Positions 53,885-63,765 of a stretch of DNA of 64,000 bases are shown here, one piece after another (the first letter of the stretch is position 1; the number at the start of each line of letters is the position of its first letter). The DNA lies in NCBI GenBank assembly GCA_038874135.1, contig JAVZCZ010000001.1, positions 751,219 to 815,218 of the forward strand. The letters are read 5' to 3'. The translations under genes were made by a program, and so were the position numbers. Below the pieces are notes generated by a model. That model had not been told where the DNA came from. It saw only the letters and a program-made list of their open reading frames with translations, and did not search any database. The stretch is from Candidatus Woesearchaeota archaeon (GTDB taxonomy: Archaea > Nanobdellota > Nanobdellia > Woesearchaeales > 0-14-0-80-44-23).

Positions 53885-53951
53885 TCTGAGATGAAGTAAC
53901 CCTCAGATGCTTATAAAGATTATTATAAAATAAAACAACAATAAAAAAGGT

Positions 53952-55820
53952 CTATGCGTTTATTAGAATTTCCATTTTTGGACCGAATATTTTTTTTAGA
54001 GACTCAAAGCTTTTCTCCTTTATGAACACCACAGGCGCTTTTTCCAGCTTTGCAAGTTCAGAGTCCATCTCTTCAAAGCTGCTTTCTCTCAACTCAGATA
54101 TCTCGCCATCCTCATTCACATTTGCCATTTGAACCTTCTTCCCCTCCTGCTCTGTCTTTATTATGAAGGCGGCCTTTTCCAGCATTATTACTTCTGCATA
54201 TTTATTTTCATCATACTTTATCTTGATCTTTACTCGTTCAATCTGCTGTACATGGTACCTCTGCAGATATTCTATAACATACTTTATAAATTCGGAGAAG
54301 GAATTCTTGAGCCTTTGAAGCTCCGCCTTGTCCAGTTTTCGTTCTTCGTAATCTTTTTTTCCCTTGATTATCTCTCTAAGTAGCCTGCTGAACTTTTCAG
54401 GCATCTTTCCAGTGTTAACAAGATGCTTTTCAAACAGTTCGGCAATTTCTTCTTCTGAAGCTTGAGTTATGCCTTCTGTTTTTAGAATGTCTCTTACAGC
54501 GGTTATAGTGCTTTCATATATGCTCCTCATGCTTTCCTCTTCTTTCATCTTGTTTATCTGGCTAAATAGGCGTTGTATCCTCTTTAGATATGCCTTTGCG
54601 TCTGTGAGAAGCTGGTCTATCTCTTTTCCAGTCAGCTCCTTCTTTTCCCCATGCTCAATGTCTTTTCTTACTTTTATATTTCTCTCTAATATGTCAACAT
54701 ATTTTTCTTCTAGAAGTCCTTCTTTCTTTACAAAGATTTCTCGCATCATCTCAGCAGTTTCTCTAGGAGCTGGCGGTGGCACGCCGTACAGCATTAGAGC
54801 TGCCTGTGATGGGGTAAGAATTGCATAGTATATGTCTTCCATTCCTATATCTTTCAGTTTCGTCTCAACATGGTTGAGCATCTGTTCTCCCGTGCTCATA
54901 AACATGTCTATTGCTTCCTGAGAGGGCTTTATCCTACCCATCTTTAAAAGCTGCTTCCAAGGCATAAATATTCCTCTATCGTATAATGGCACTCCGTCCC
55001 TCAACAGGGTGAATATTATTGGATTCGCTTCTCTGAGAGAGTCCCAGAAGTCAGTAAGTATGTACACTTGTATGTTTAGCTTATTTTTTATTCCTGTAAT
55101 CTCTCCGGCTTCTATTCCCATGCTTATTATTATTGCCCTCAGCTTGTCTTTGAGCTCAGCTCTAGTCATTCTCTTAACATCAGTGTCGTCAATAACAACC
55201 CACACGTCAATATCTGAATTCTTAGTTGCCTTCCCCTTAACAAGAGATCCTGCTAATACGTAACTCACTATGTACTTCTCAAATTTCTTAATTACCATTG
55301 ACTTGTGAATTTCTCCAATCTTTATTGCAGAGAGCATTCCATTGTCATAAACTGGCGCCGCCATTGCTATTGTTTGTAAAAGCTCATATTTACCGTCGTA
55401 GCAGGACTGCCACAGCTCTGAAAGTAGCACAGTTTTGGGCACCAGCTTTTCATCTACTTCTCTTGCCATCTGCTCAACTATTGATGCCAGCTTTAGAGAA
55501 AGCTCGTCTTTGCTCATCTTCTTTGAATCAGAATCATCAACTAGGATTAGTAAAGGAAGCTGCTGTTTTCCATCTTTTTTCTCATCTTCCTTATTTTCAG
55601 GCGGGAGCAGTGCTATCCCAACCACATAGTTTGAGAACTTTTCTAAAAGTCTCTTCTTAAACTCGTCAATCTTTCCCTTTAATTCCAGAATGTTCTTCTT
55701 AGTCTCTTCCGGAAGCTGCGTAATGAGTTTGTCAGTATCATTACTTTCAGCCTGCTGATTAATTCCCATTTTTTGAGAATTATCATTTTTTTCTTCTGCC
55801 TTTTTCCTTGCCATAAACAT
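53952..55820 (-). CDS. Nucleotidyltransferase (Pol-beta-like) domain protein, 622 aa, possibly with tandem NTase folds and a long helical C-terminal region
   Basis: GSLVKGKATKNSDIDVWVVIDD is the canonical GS...D.D NTase motif. An earlier degenerate copy is LPLLILVDDSD. Confidence 0.6.
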   Translation of the reverse strand: MFMARKKAEEKNDNSQKMGINQQAESNDTDKLITQLPEETKKNILELKGKIDEFKKRLLEKFSNYVVGIALLPPENKEDEKKDGKQQLPLLILVDDSDSKKMSKDELSLKLASIVEQMAREVDEKLVPKTVLLSELWQSCYDGKYELLQTIAMAAPVYDNGMLSAIKIGEIHKSMVIKKFEKYIVSYVLAGSLVKGKATKNSDIDVWVVIDDTDVKRMTRAELKDKLRAIIISMGIEAGEITGIKNKLNIQVYILTDFWDSLREANPIIFTLLRDGVPLYDRGIFMPWKQLLKMGRIKPSQEAIDMFMSTGEQMLNHVETKLKDIGMEDIYYAILTPSQAALMLYGVPPPAPRETAEMMREIFVKKEGLLEEKYVDILERNIKVRKDIEHGEKKELTGKEIDQLLTDAKAYLKRIQRLFSQINKMKEEESMRSIYESTITAVRDILKTEGITQASEEEIAELFEKHLVNTGKMPEKFSRLLREIIKGKKDYEERKLDKAELQRLKNSFSEFIKYVIEYLQRYHVQQIERVKIKIKYDENKYAEVIMLEKAAFIIKTEQEGKKVQMANVNEDGEISELRESSFEEMDSELAKLEKAPVVFIKEKSFESLKKIFGPKMEILINA

Positions 55821-55927
55821 CTCCTCTATTTTTTCTTACTTTACCACTTACTTTACCGGCATATATAAAGGTTTCCAAACAAAGTTTTAAATAATCATCT
55901 GTCTTCTAACCCTACAGGTGGTTTAAT

Positions 55928-56542
55928 ATGGGAGTTGACTATGCTAAGATTGAGCAGAGGATACTTGACGAGGCACTTCCGGGAGCCGAAACCTTGGAGT
56001 CCTTGATATATGGAGCTTACTATAAAATTCTGGATTCTGATGAGCTGCACTATAAAGAGCACGCATTTGAAGATGTTCATAAGGATAAACTTGTAAATGA
56101 GATTATCAGTAGATTGAAGCAGTTCTTTTTGGCGAAAAACGAGGACTACAAGCAAATGGACAAGGAGCTGTTTGATAAGAATTTTAACGATTATATAATG
56201 AAAAGCGTTTTCGGTATAACTCCTTCTGAGCTAAGAGAACAGTTCATGGATTTAAAAAGGATAACTCATCAACACATAAGCCAAATCGCATCCTCAATCT
56301 CTAGAAACTATTATTCTTATACAGTGCATTCTGCCTTTTCCGACATTAAAAGTTTAAGTGACATCAAGGGCGCTTTTGACTACCTCAAAAACAGCTACAA
56401 GTCTTTAGGTATTAATCCTCCAGATTTTGAAAAGAAGATTGCCGAGTCACCTAATAAACTGCCCATGGATATTGTAAAGCAGCACTACTTAGAGGTTGCA
56501 AGCCAGAAGTATGAAAATAAGCTGAAACAGAAGTATTCTTAA
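55928..56542 (+). CDS. Hypothetical cytoplasmic protein (204 aa)
   Basis: It is a clean ORF with native codon usage and no recognisable motif. Confidence 0.5.
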   Translation: MGVDYAKIEQRILDEALPGAETLESLIYGAYYKILDSDELHYKEHAFEDVHKDKLVNEIISRLKQFFLAKNEDYKQMDKELFDKNFNDYIMKSVFGITPSELREQFMDLKRITHQHISQIASSISRNYYSYTVHSAFSDIKSLSDIKGAFDYLKNSYKSLGINPPDFEKKIAESPNKLPMDIVKQHYLEVASQKYENKLKQKYS

Positions 56543-56569
56543 CTTTTAACTTTTGCAGCTAAAATTTTT

Positions 56570-57238
56570 TTATCTTAACTTTTTTGAAAGCCCGCTGGCT
56601 ATAAAGCCGAATGGAGCCATGAGCCAGCTTCCTCCTGCAAGTGTTTTCTTTAAACGGATTGCTTTTTCCAATGAAAGGGATTCTGAAAATGTAGTGTAGC
56701 CCGATCCAACTTCAAAAGGGAAGTGCGCATCAGAGCCACCTGTTCTTGCAATTTTGTACTTCTGAGCTGCAACTTCTGCATTCCTGTTTGCTCCAGGCAC
56801 TATGTTTCTCGCGTTAAATGTTTCAATTGCATCCACAACTTTAGCTGCCCTTTTGAGATCTCCGCTGAAATTCTTCCTGAACCGCGTAAAGGGGTGCGCT
56901 ATTGAGCAGAGAGCCCCCTGCCGTCTTATCTCATCTATAACATCTTCAAACCTGCCCGGGCGTATCCTCTCATTAAGATAATACGCAAGTATCTCCCCCT
57001 TATCAGTAAGGATTTCCTCTCCAATCACAACTTCAAAAGTTTTGTTAGAAAATAGCTTCTTTGCAAGCTTCTTGGCTTCTAAAGCACCTCTAATCTCGTT
57101 GTGGTCTGTTATTGCAATACCATCTAGCCCTCTAATCTTCGCGAACCTCAAAGTGTCTTTAATGCTCTGAAAACTGCATTTGGAGTAAATCGTGTGGCAG
57201 TGAAGATCATACCTAAGCTTTTTCTCATCCGAGTCCAT
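56570..57238 (-). CDS. PHP-domain phosphoesterase
   Basis: The N-terminus is LHCHTIYSKCS, followed by GIAITDHNEIRGALEA. These His/Asp-rich motifs, plus later GGSDAHFPFEVG, are typical of PHP family metal-dependent phosphoesterases. Confidence 0.75.
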   Translation of the reverse strand: MDSDEKKLRYDLHCHTIYSKCSFQSIKDTLRFAKIRGLDGIAITDHNEIRGALEAKKLAKKLFSNKTFEVVIGEEILTDKGEILAYYLNERIRPGRFEDVIDEIRRQGALCSIAHPFTRFRKNFSGDLKRAAKVVDAIETFNARNIVPGANRNAEVAAQKYKIARTGGSDAHFPFEVGSGYTTFSESLSLEKAIRLKKTLAGGSWLMAPFGFIASGLSKKLR

Positions 57239-57322
57239 GCTCGCAGTTTTTCTCAGGTTAAATATAAAACTTGTGCTTCCGCAAAATTTTTATAACCTTA
57301 TCAGATAATCAAAAACCTGTGT

Positions 57323-57394
57323 GCGGCCGTGGTCTAGCGGCTATGATTCGAGCTTCCCAAGCTTGCGACCCGGGTTCGAATCCCGGCGGCCGCA
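57323..57394 (+). tRNA. tRNA-Gly (anticodon CCC)
   Basis: The acceptor is GCGGCCG/CGGCCGC. The anticodon arm is CGAGC-TTCCCAA-GCTTG and the T-arm is CCGGG-TTCGAAT-CCCGG; total length is 72 nt. The D-stem is weak in my hand fold. A TATA-like TTTTTATAA lies ~30 nt upstream. Confidence 0.7.
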
Positions 57395-57465
57395 TTTTTC
57401 ACTTCTTAATAGAGAAAAAATTTAAATATTGCACTGTCTAAAGAGTTTTTGTAGGGGGTGTTTTT

Positions 57466-58713
57466 ATGAAAGCTTGGAAGAAGTTTTTAGTCGGCGCTGT
57501 TGTTGGTGGGGCTCTGCTCGTATCAGCTTTAGTGCCAAGCTGTCAGAAGCAGCATTCAAACTTTTACATCCTTGATGAGTGGGCGGTTATGGAAGGATGC
57601 ACTTCAAGTTCAAATTTTTCAGCAAAGGGCGTTCCTAAGCTGGAGATGATTGTTAAGCAGCCGGTTGTCTACATAAGGTCTGAATCTGAGATGGATGATT
57701 TGGATTTAAGGTTTGAGCTTCCCACTATTTCAAGTAGGAATTCCGTATTAGTATACCCTCAAGCTTCAGTTTCTGAAAGCGCTGTTGAGTGGAACAATGT
57801 TAAAGTGTTCAGCTCTATTAACAAGGTTGTAAATCCTGCGAAATCAGGAAACTCAGACCTGGACGCTCTGCTAGATGTACTTGGAGAGACCGATTCAAAC
57901 ATATTAAGTGTCGGTTCAACAAGGTCAAAATTCTTATTTTATGAGGCGGAGCTTAAATTTTCAAATCCGGTCAGAATCTCTTATGATAATGAAGAGGTGC
58001 GAATAAGAAACATTGCAGATTACACATTAGAAAATTTGGTTTTTTCTGCAGAGTTTCCGACAGGGGAAAGTCCAATCTTCGGCAGGAACTACTTTGCAAC
58101 TGCAGCCAAGCTTAATCCTGGAGAGGAGCTTGTGCTTAAACTTTCAGAGAATGCTCCTGAATATTCAATATTTAAGGATGACCTAATTAGATTGGGCTTT
58201 TCTGAGCGGGAGGCTGATGCATTCGTAAATACTTGGGCTTCAAAGCTTTTAAACCCAGGAATTCAAGGGCGATCTGCACAGCTGACCTTTAGGATTCCTG
58301 AAAAAGAATATGACAAAATAATCCCGTTAAAGGCAAATCCCGTTCCGAAAGATACAAACAGAGCAATGTATGTTCTGTTAGATGCTGGCTCATGCCTTAA
58401 ACCAAGTTCAGAATTATATGAGAAATATGCACAAATACTTCCGGCAGAAGCTCTGGCGCTTCTTAGAAATCCAGATTCCAAGTGGCAGCTGACTGCAGAT
58501 CCTGATTATAAGAAGTCAGAGGTAACATGCGAGGCGTGCGGCTGGATATGCTACTCAACACCAGTCCCATTTGAGTATGTTATCTCAGGAGATAGAGGAG
58601 ATCAGCTTGAGATTAGAATTAGAAATGTGCAGTGCTTCGGCAGGGTGCCAATCTTCTATTATAATAGCAAGGAATTTAGGCCTTCCCTCTCTCTTGAAGA
58701 TGTGGACAAGTAA
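57466..58713 (+). CDS. Secreted hypothetical protein (possible lipobox-like LVPSC after the signal peptide)
   Basis: The signal peptide is MKAWKKFLVGAVVGGALLVSALVPSC. No other motif was recognised. Confidence 0.6.
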   Translation: MKAWKKFLVGAVVGGALLVSALVPSCQKQHSNFYILDEWAVMEGCTSSSNFSAKGVPKLEMIVKQPVVYIRSESEMDDLDLRFELPTISSRNSVLVYPQASVSESAVEWNNVKVFSSINKVVNPAKSGNSDLDALLDVLGETDSNILSVGSTRSKFLFYEAELKFSNPVRISYDNEEVRIRNIADYTLENLVFSAEFPTGESPIFGRNYFATAAKLNPGEELVLKLSENAPEYSIFKDDLIRLGFSEREADAFVNTWASKLLNPGIQGRSAQLTFRIPEKEYDKIIPLKANPVPKDTNRAMYVLLDAGSCLKPSSELYEKYAQILPAEALALLRNPDSKWQLTADPDYKKSEVTCEACGWICYSTPVPFEYVISGDRGDQLEIRIRNVQCFGRVPIFYYNSKEFRPSLSLEDVDK

Positions 58714-59499
58714 TCATATTGAGAATGAGTATGTGAAGCTTTTTCCAAGGTTTCCTTTTTCCTCTTTCAAATTTTTGTATGCTTCGTATATTTCTCTTCT
58801 CCTTTCCAGCACGAGTTTCATGACTCCCTCTTTGTGTCCAGCGCCTAGAACTGCGATGACTTTTTTTCCAGGATTTGACCTCATTATTTCAACTATCCTG
58901 CTAGCCATTATCCGATTCCTGTCCTCAACGAGCACTTCATACAAGCTAGGGTACCTCTTCTTAATCTCTTCAACAGCCCTTTTTACAACTTCATCTTCAG
59001 GCACTTTTTCAAGGTCAAGCTGAACATCCTGAGCAATCATTCCGCGCTTAAACAAAATTCCACTAATTAAGTCCCAAGCCATTCTGGAAGCCTCTCTAAG
59101 CGTGAATCTTCTGGAAAACTCTTTGAGTGTAATTTCAAGGTTTCTATCTATTAAGAAGATTGGAATTTCACGCCTTTTTGCTTCCATTATTGCAGCCTTC
59201 ATATCCACGCCAGGAGTAGAGCCTATGCTTTCGCCCAAACGCTTTTGAATTATTCCTCCAATCTTAGCAAAGAGGTATCCCTTGAAGCCCAACTTTTTTG
59301 TATCTGAAAGAGATGGCCCTCTCTTTTCTTCCAGTACGCTCATTAACGCCTGCATCCTGTTTGAGTCCAGTTCTAATGCGCAGATTTCCGGAGAAAATTC
59401 TGAAAACTTGTCCCTTATTAGTTTAGAGGTTGAGGTTGCAATGTGAGAGGTTCCAACTATGAGCAACCTTTTTTTAACATATTCTTCTGCCTCGTCCAT
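58714..59499 (-). CDS. TraB/PrgY-family (TIKI-like) protein
   Basis: The N-terminus LLIVGTSHIATSTSKLIRDKFSEFSPEICALELD and the later GAGH block resemble the TraB family. Confidence 0.6.
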   Translation of the reverse strand: MDEAEEYVKKRLLIVGTSHIATSTSKLIRDKFSEFSPEICALELDSNRMQALMSVLEEKRGPSLSDTKKLGFKGYLFAKIGGIIQKRLGESIGSTPGVDMKAAIMEAKRREIPIFLIDRNLEITLKEFSRRFTLREASRMAWDLISGILFKRGMIAQDVQLDLEKVPEDEVVKRAVEEIKKRYPSLYEVLVEDRNRIMASRIVEIMRSNPGKKVIAVLGAGHKEGVMKLVLERRREIYEAYKNLKEEKGNLGKSFTYSFSI

Positions 59500-59600
59500 T
59501 AAAATGGCTTTTTATAGTGCTCATTATAAAGTTTATGCGCAAGATTTAAATAGTAGCAATTAAATAGTCAGCCCATCCAAAAATATGGAGGGATAAGGCT

Positions 59601-59894
59601 ATGCTCAAGATGAAGAGGATAAGTGAGATGTATGGTATGAAGGTTTTTACTGATGCTGGCGACTATTTTGGAGATGTAGAAGAGGCTGTGCTTACCTCTT
59701 CCAAGATTTATGGGTGGAGAATAAGGGCAGGCAGGGAGTCATTCCTGGGAAAGATTTTGGGAGGAGGAGCTAAGGGTGTAATTGTGCCTCACCACTTTGT
59801 TGAGAGTATAGGGGATGTTATGATTATAAGGAAGCTCGCAATACCCAGCTCTGCAACAGAAACAGCAGAGGAATCCCCGCGTGAAGAGGAGTAA
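59601..59894 (+). CDS. PRC-barrel domain protein
   Basis: It is a small (~97 aa) protein. GMKVFTDAGDYFGDVEEAVL..SKIYGWRI is typical of PRC-barrel proteins. Confidence 0.5.
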   Translation: MLKMKRISEMYGMKVFTDAGDYFGDVEEAVLTSSKIYGWRIRAGRESFLGKILGGGAKGVIVPHHFVESIGDVMIIRKLAIPSSATETAEESPREEE

Positions 59895-59930
59895 TTTCTT
59901 CTTTTTACCCTGTTCTTCTGTTATCCGCTT

Positions 59931-60410
59931 ATGTCTAAGACGCTCAAATTTTTGAACACTAGAGATGCAAAGGAAGTATTAAATATTGTGAAGGAGCAGT
60001 GGGGTGCTGATTTAATATCTGAAGGATTTCTTGATAAGTTTGCTCTCATGCAGGACTCAAATAACAACATATTCATAATTTCTAAAGGAGTCTCAGCGCT
60101 CAACAGTGTCAAGCATTTGAGAATTGACTCGGCAGGATTATACTTTGGAGAATTGAAAAATGGTAATCTCAGATTGAGTATTGAAGGTTCTCAAATTGTT
60201 GGCAGGCATGCTTCAAAGAACATAGTTAAACTTTCAAGAGAGGAATGTTCTGAATGGATGAAGGGCAACTCAATTAGAAAAGACATCCCATCACACCAAG
60301 GGTACCTCATTGTTAAATACGAAAACTATTTTCTAGGCTGCGGCAGAATTAAGGACGGAATGCTCCTAAACTTTATCCCGAAGGTCAGGCGGGTTTCTGA
60401 GCCCTGGTAA
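59931..60410 (+). CDS. Hypothetical 159-aa protein, possibly a Nip7/UPF0113-like pre-PUA/PUA ribosome-biogenesis factor
   Basis: The C-terminal half (YFGELKNGNLRLSIEGSQIVGRHASKNIVKL...GYLIVKYENYFLGCGRIKDG) resembles the PUA-like part of Nip7. It is adjacent to ksgA. The assignment is weak. Confidence 0.4.
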   Translation: MSKTLKFLNTRDAKEVLNIVKEQWGADLISEGFLDKFALMQDSNNNIFIISKGVSALNSVKHLRIDSAGLYFGELKNGNLRLSIEGSQIVGRHASKNIVKLSREECSEWMKGNSIRKDIPSHQGYLIVKYENYFLGCGRIKDGMLLNFIPKVRRVSEPW

Positions 60411-61233
60411 GCTTATCTGCTTCTTCTAAAATTCTTAAAAGGTTCTCATACTTCAGGTTTTGTATCTTCTTATTGAGTATTCCCCTTCCAAGAGGGATTC
60501 TGCTAACTAGTATTCCAGCTTCCCTCTTTGTTATTTTAAGCATTTTTATGAAGATTTCACGAAGAGCATTCTTAACTAGCTTATCCCGCTGCAGGTAAAG
60601 CTCTCTAAGAAGGTATCTCTGAAACATAAGCTCAGAGGAGAGTGCTTCTTCAATACTTATTGGCTCGCGCTTCCTCACACTTACAAGTACGGTTCTGGCC
60701 TTTGGTGCCGGGCTGAATGATTCTGGAAGTATCTCCCTCACGAAGTTCATTCTTAAAAATGCGTCTGCAAAAAGCCCAAGCTTCGTATTCTTGGCAGCTA
60801 TCCTATCTGAGAACCTCTTGGGAAGGAGCAATATGGCTTTTTCATATTCTCTTAGGAAGAGTTGGTGCATAAGCGGCTCACAAATTAGGAATGGCGTGCT
60901 GGATATTATTTTGTTGAAATTAATTTTGGATATCACCTTAATTGCATCGCCTAATATCGGCTCTACATAGTCTAAGTGTTGAACTTCCTTTTTCAGGATT
61001 TCAAATGTTTTAGGTTCAATTTCAACTGCATAGACCTTTTTGCATTTTGGGATGTTCTTAGTAATTGTGCCTATGCCAGCTCCGACTTCAAAGATAATGT
61101 CTTCAGGCATGACTTCCAAGAGCGTTATTATTTCCATTATGTTGTCCCTATTGTTAAGAAAATGCTGATCCATTGACGGATCTGGACTGAAATGATACCT
61201 CTTAAAAATTATGTCCAGCTCATCTTCTTCCAT
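60385..61233 (-). CDS. ksgA: 16S rRNA (adenine1518/1519-N6)-dimethyltransferase KsgA/Dim1
   Basis: The SAM-binding motif is IIFEVGAGIGTITKNI. The length (282 aa) and C-terminal helical domain fit KsgA. Confidence 0.85.
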   Translation of the reverse strand: MEEDELDIIFKRYHFSPDPSMDQHFLNNRDNIMEIITLLEVMPEDIIFEVGAGIGTITKNIPKCKKVYAVEIEPKTFEILKKEVQHLDYVEPILGDAIKVISKINFNKIISSTPFLICEPLMHQLFLREYEKAILLLPKRFSDRIAAKNTKLGLFADAFLRMNFVREILPESFSPAPKARTVLVSVRKREPISIEEALSSELMFQRYLLRELYLQRDKLVKNALREIFIKMLKITKREAGILVSRIPLGRGILNKKIQNLKYENLLRILEEADKLTRAQKPA

Positions 61234-61281
61234 GCACTCTCACTTTTGTTAGAGAATTTATAACTTTTTCTTTTTAGTAAT

Positions 61282-61686
61282 TCACGCTTCTCTTATTGTG
61301 ACTAAAATCCTGGATTTCGGGCTTTTAAGATACTTCACAAGATCTCTTGACATTTGAGAAGCCGCCTTATCAGCCAATACGCCCAGCGTCCTTTCTGATT
61401 CATAGTCACTTTTTCTTATTACAATCTCCCGGTCAGAGCTAAAACTTTTATTCAGCACTGCTCTAATAGTTTCTCTGATGCCGTTTCCGCATATTTCAAT
61501 TTCAATCATATGCGATTTTACCATTTTAATGAACTCTTGGATGGCTTCTGGAGAAAAATCAGCGCTGACACCAAGAATGCAGTCTCCATTCTTAGTTAAT
61601 TCAGAGTCCTTAGTAAATTCTATTGTTTTTTTATGAGTGGCAAGTATGTTTTTATGTCCAAAGGCGTTAAAACTGACCTGCGCCAT
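61282..61686 (-). CDS. Hypothetical protein; start trimmed to MAQVSFNAF to avoid overlap with the next gene
   Basis: The track's ORF runs 61282..61770, but its first 28 codons are Arg/Lys-rich and overlap the upstream gene. The internal ATG at 61686 gives a clean 134-aa protein. Confidence 0.5.
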   Translation of the reverse strand: MAQVSFNAFGHKNILATHKKTIEFTKDSELTKNGDCILGVSADFSPEAIQEFIKMVKSHMIEIEICGNGIRETIRAVLNKSFSSDREIVIRKSDYESERTLGVLADKAASQMSRDLVKYLKSPKSRILVTIREA

Positions 61687-61696
61687 TTCAAAATTC

Positions 61697-61930
61697 CTAC
61701 TGCAAAACTTCGTCAATGGGCTTCTTCTTCTCTTCTTTCTTCTGTTCAGACTGCTTCTGCCCAAGCTCAACTCCCAAATCTTTCAAAGACTTAAGATGCA
61801 TCTGCATAAGCTGTTCAACTATTGAGAGGGTCTTCAAAAATTCTTCCCTTTCCTTGGCAAGAGTAGCCAAAGCCCCCTTATGGAATCCAATTTGTTCTTC
61901 TCTGCTCATTTCGCCCTTCTTCTCAGCCAT
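61697..61930 (-). CDS. Small coiled-coil protein (prefoldin-like?)
   Basis: It is a ~78-aa helical, Glu/Lys-rich ORF between the hypothetical gene and infB. Its start is uncertain: 61948 per the track, or 61930 (MAEKKGEM). Confidence 0.4.
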   Translation of the reverse strand: MAEKKGEMSREEQIGFHKGALATLAKEREEFLKTLSIVEQLMQMHLKSLKDLGVELGQKQSEQKKEEKKKPIDEVLQ

Positions 61931-61935
61931 TTTTC

Positions 61936-63732
61936 TCACACTCCCCATAATTTATTCTCTTTTCTCATCTCCAGAGCAATTTCTCTCAGAGCCTCAACCT
62001 CATCTTCCCTTAAGTATTCCTTATAATTTTTTATCTTTACAAAATCGCTTTCAGGCATAAATGAATATAAAACATCTCCAGGATTGAGCTGTCTTCCTAT
62101 AGTAACACCTTCCAGGCTAACTGCTACTTGTTTGCCCTTAACCGCAGCAGGTATGCTCTGATTTTCCTCCTGTATTGTTTTTACTACTGTAACCTTTTTG
62201 CCATCCTTCATCAGAGGGGTTTCGGGCTTCAGAGTGCCTAACAGCACTTCAACTCCAACAATTGCCGGATTGCTCTTCCTAAATATGAAGTTTGGAAGTA
62301 TCTGAATCTTGCACGGAGAGGTTATTGAACTCAGAGCAGCTCTTTCCAACTCTTCCTTTCTGGCATCTCTCCACCTTTCAAACTCGTCAAGTAGATTATA
62401 TATTATGTTAGAAGTGATTATCTTAACCTTTGAAGAGTTCAAATACTCTTTAGCCTCCTTGTTAGGTGAGGATTCAAATGCAACTATCACTGCATTAAGC
62501 GGTTCCCTCTCCAAAGATGCCTCTGCATCTATAACATCGCTTTTAGTAATTGCTCCGAGCCCAACCTTTCTTATCTTTATCCCGCTGTTCTTAAAGAGGG
62601 TTACAACAGCTTCTAATGCTCCCAAATTTGCAGCCTTAACTATTATCCCTTCCTCCTCTGTTTCTATGAATATCTTTTTTATATCCCCCTGAACTTCATC
62701 TGATACTATACTTATCTCATTTTCCTTCCTGCATCCTAAAAAGGGCATTCCTGCAAGCATGCCTTCTGTTTCAGAACATTTGAGGCAAACTGAGGTAGCA
62801 GCAACAGCTTCCTCAACCTGCACAAGTTCATACCTTTTATCCTTTCTCGTAGGAGCCTTCTTTTCAAATATAGCTCTCACCTTAGCAGAAATGGGTCTCT
62901 CAACTCCCCCTACAACTATGAAATCTCCTTTTCTTAGAGTTCCATCATAAATTACTGCTTCAACAGTGCTTCCAAGGCCGGGTTCTTCCTTAACTTCTAA
63001 GATTGAGCCTTTAGCGTTTCCCTCAGCAGTGCAGTGAAGTCCTGAGCTTAGATATCTCTGCACAAGCCCCACTATCAAGCTTAGCAGTTCGGGAATTCCC
63101 TCGCCCGTTTTAGCAGAAACTGGAACTATTGCAATCTGTCTTGTAAAGTCCTCAACCCTGTCAAAACGTTCAGAAGCAAAGCCCATTGCGTACAATCTTT
63201 CCACTATGGTGTATATTCTCTGGTCTAGCAGCGCCTGCGTTTCACTACCCTGTTTTGAAATATTTTGTATGAGAAGCTCTTTAGGCATCGGTTCCCATCC
63301 AGGCACCATGTCAATCTTGTTTGCGGCAACTATGAACGGCGTCTTATTTGCTTTGAGAATGCCTATTACTTCCTCTGTTTGCGGCATGAACCCTTCATTT
63401 ACATCCACAACTACAACTGCAAAGTCAGCTATTGAGCCGCCCCTCTTTCTCAGGCTAACAAAGGCAGAGTGTCCCGGAGTGTCTATAAATAGTATCCCGG
63501 GAAGGTTGAAATTAATCTTTGACTTGCAAAGTATTGGCTCGCAGATGCTCTTTATGTTCTCTATAGGGATTAAATACGCATTTATGCTCTGTGTAATCTG
63601 GCCTGCTTCGGTCTTAGTTATTGAGCTGCCCATAATTCTGTCTAGCAGGGAAGACTTTCCATGGTCTACATGCCCTTCAAATACGCATATTGGGCTTCTG
63701 AGCCTCTTGTTGCTTGGGCACTGCTCTTCCAT
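61936..63732 (-). CDS. infB: Translation initiation factor aIF5B (IF2 homolog)
   Basis: G1 is GHVDHGKSSLLDRI, G3 is DTPGH and G4 is NKID. At 598 aa with beta-barrel domains downstream, it has no intein. Confidence 0.9.
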   Translation of the reverse strand: MEEQCPSNKRLRSPICVFEGHVDHGKSSLLDRIMGSSITKTEAGQITQSINAYLIPIENIKSICEPILCKSKINFNLPGILFIDTPGHSAFVSLRKRGGSIADFAVVVVDVNEGFMPQTEEVIGILKANKTPFIVAANKIDMVPGWEPMPKELLIQNISKQGSETQALLDQRIYTIVERLYAMGFASERFDRVEDFTRQIAIVPVSAKTGEGIPELLSLIVGLVQRYLSSGLHCTAEGNAKGSILEVKEEPGLGSTVEAVIYDGTLRKGDFIVVGGVERPISAKVRAIFEKKAPTRKDKRYELVQVEEAVAATSVCLKCSETEGMLAGMPFLGCRKENEISIVSDEVQGDIKKIFIETEEEGIIVKAANLGALEAVVTLFKNSGIKIRKVGLGAITKSDVIDAEASLEREPLNAVIVAFESSPNKEAKEYLNSSKVKIITSNIIYNLLDEFERWRDARKEELERAALSSITSPCKIQILPNFIFRKSNPAIVGVEVLLGTLKPETPLMKDGKKVTVVKTIQEENQSIPAAVKGKQVAVSLEGVTIGRQLNPGDVLYSFMPESDFVKIKNYKEYLREDEVEALREIALEMRKENKLWGV

Positions 63733-63765
63733 GCATAAGAGAAATTTTGAGGTGCTTTTAAATCT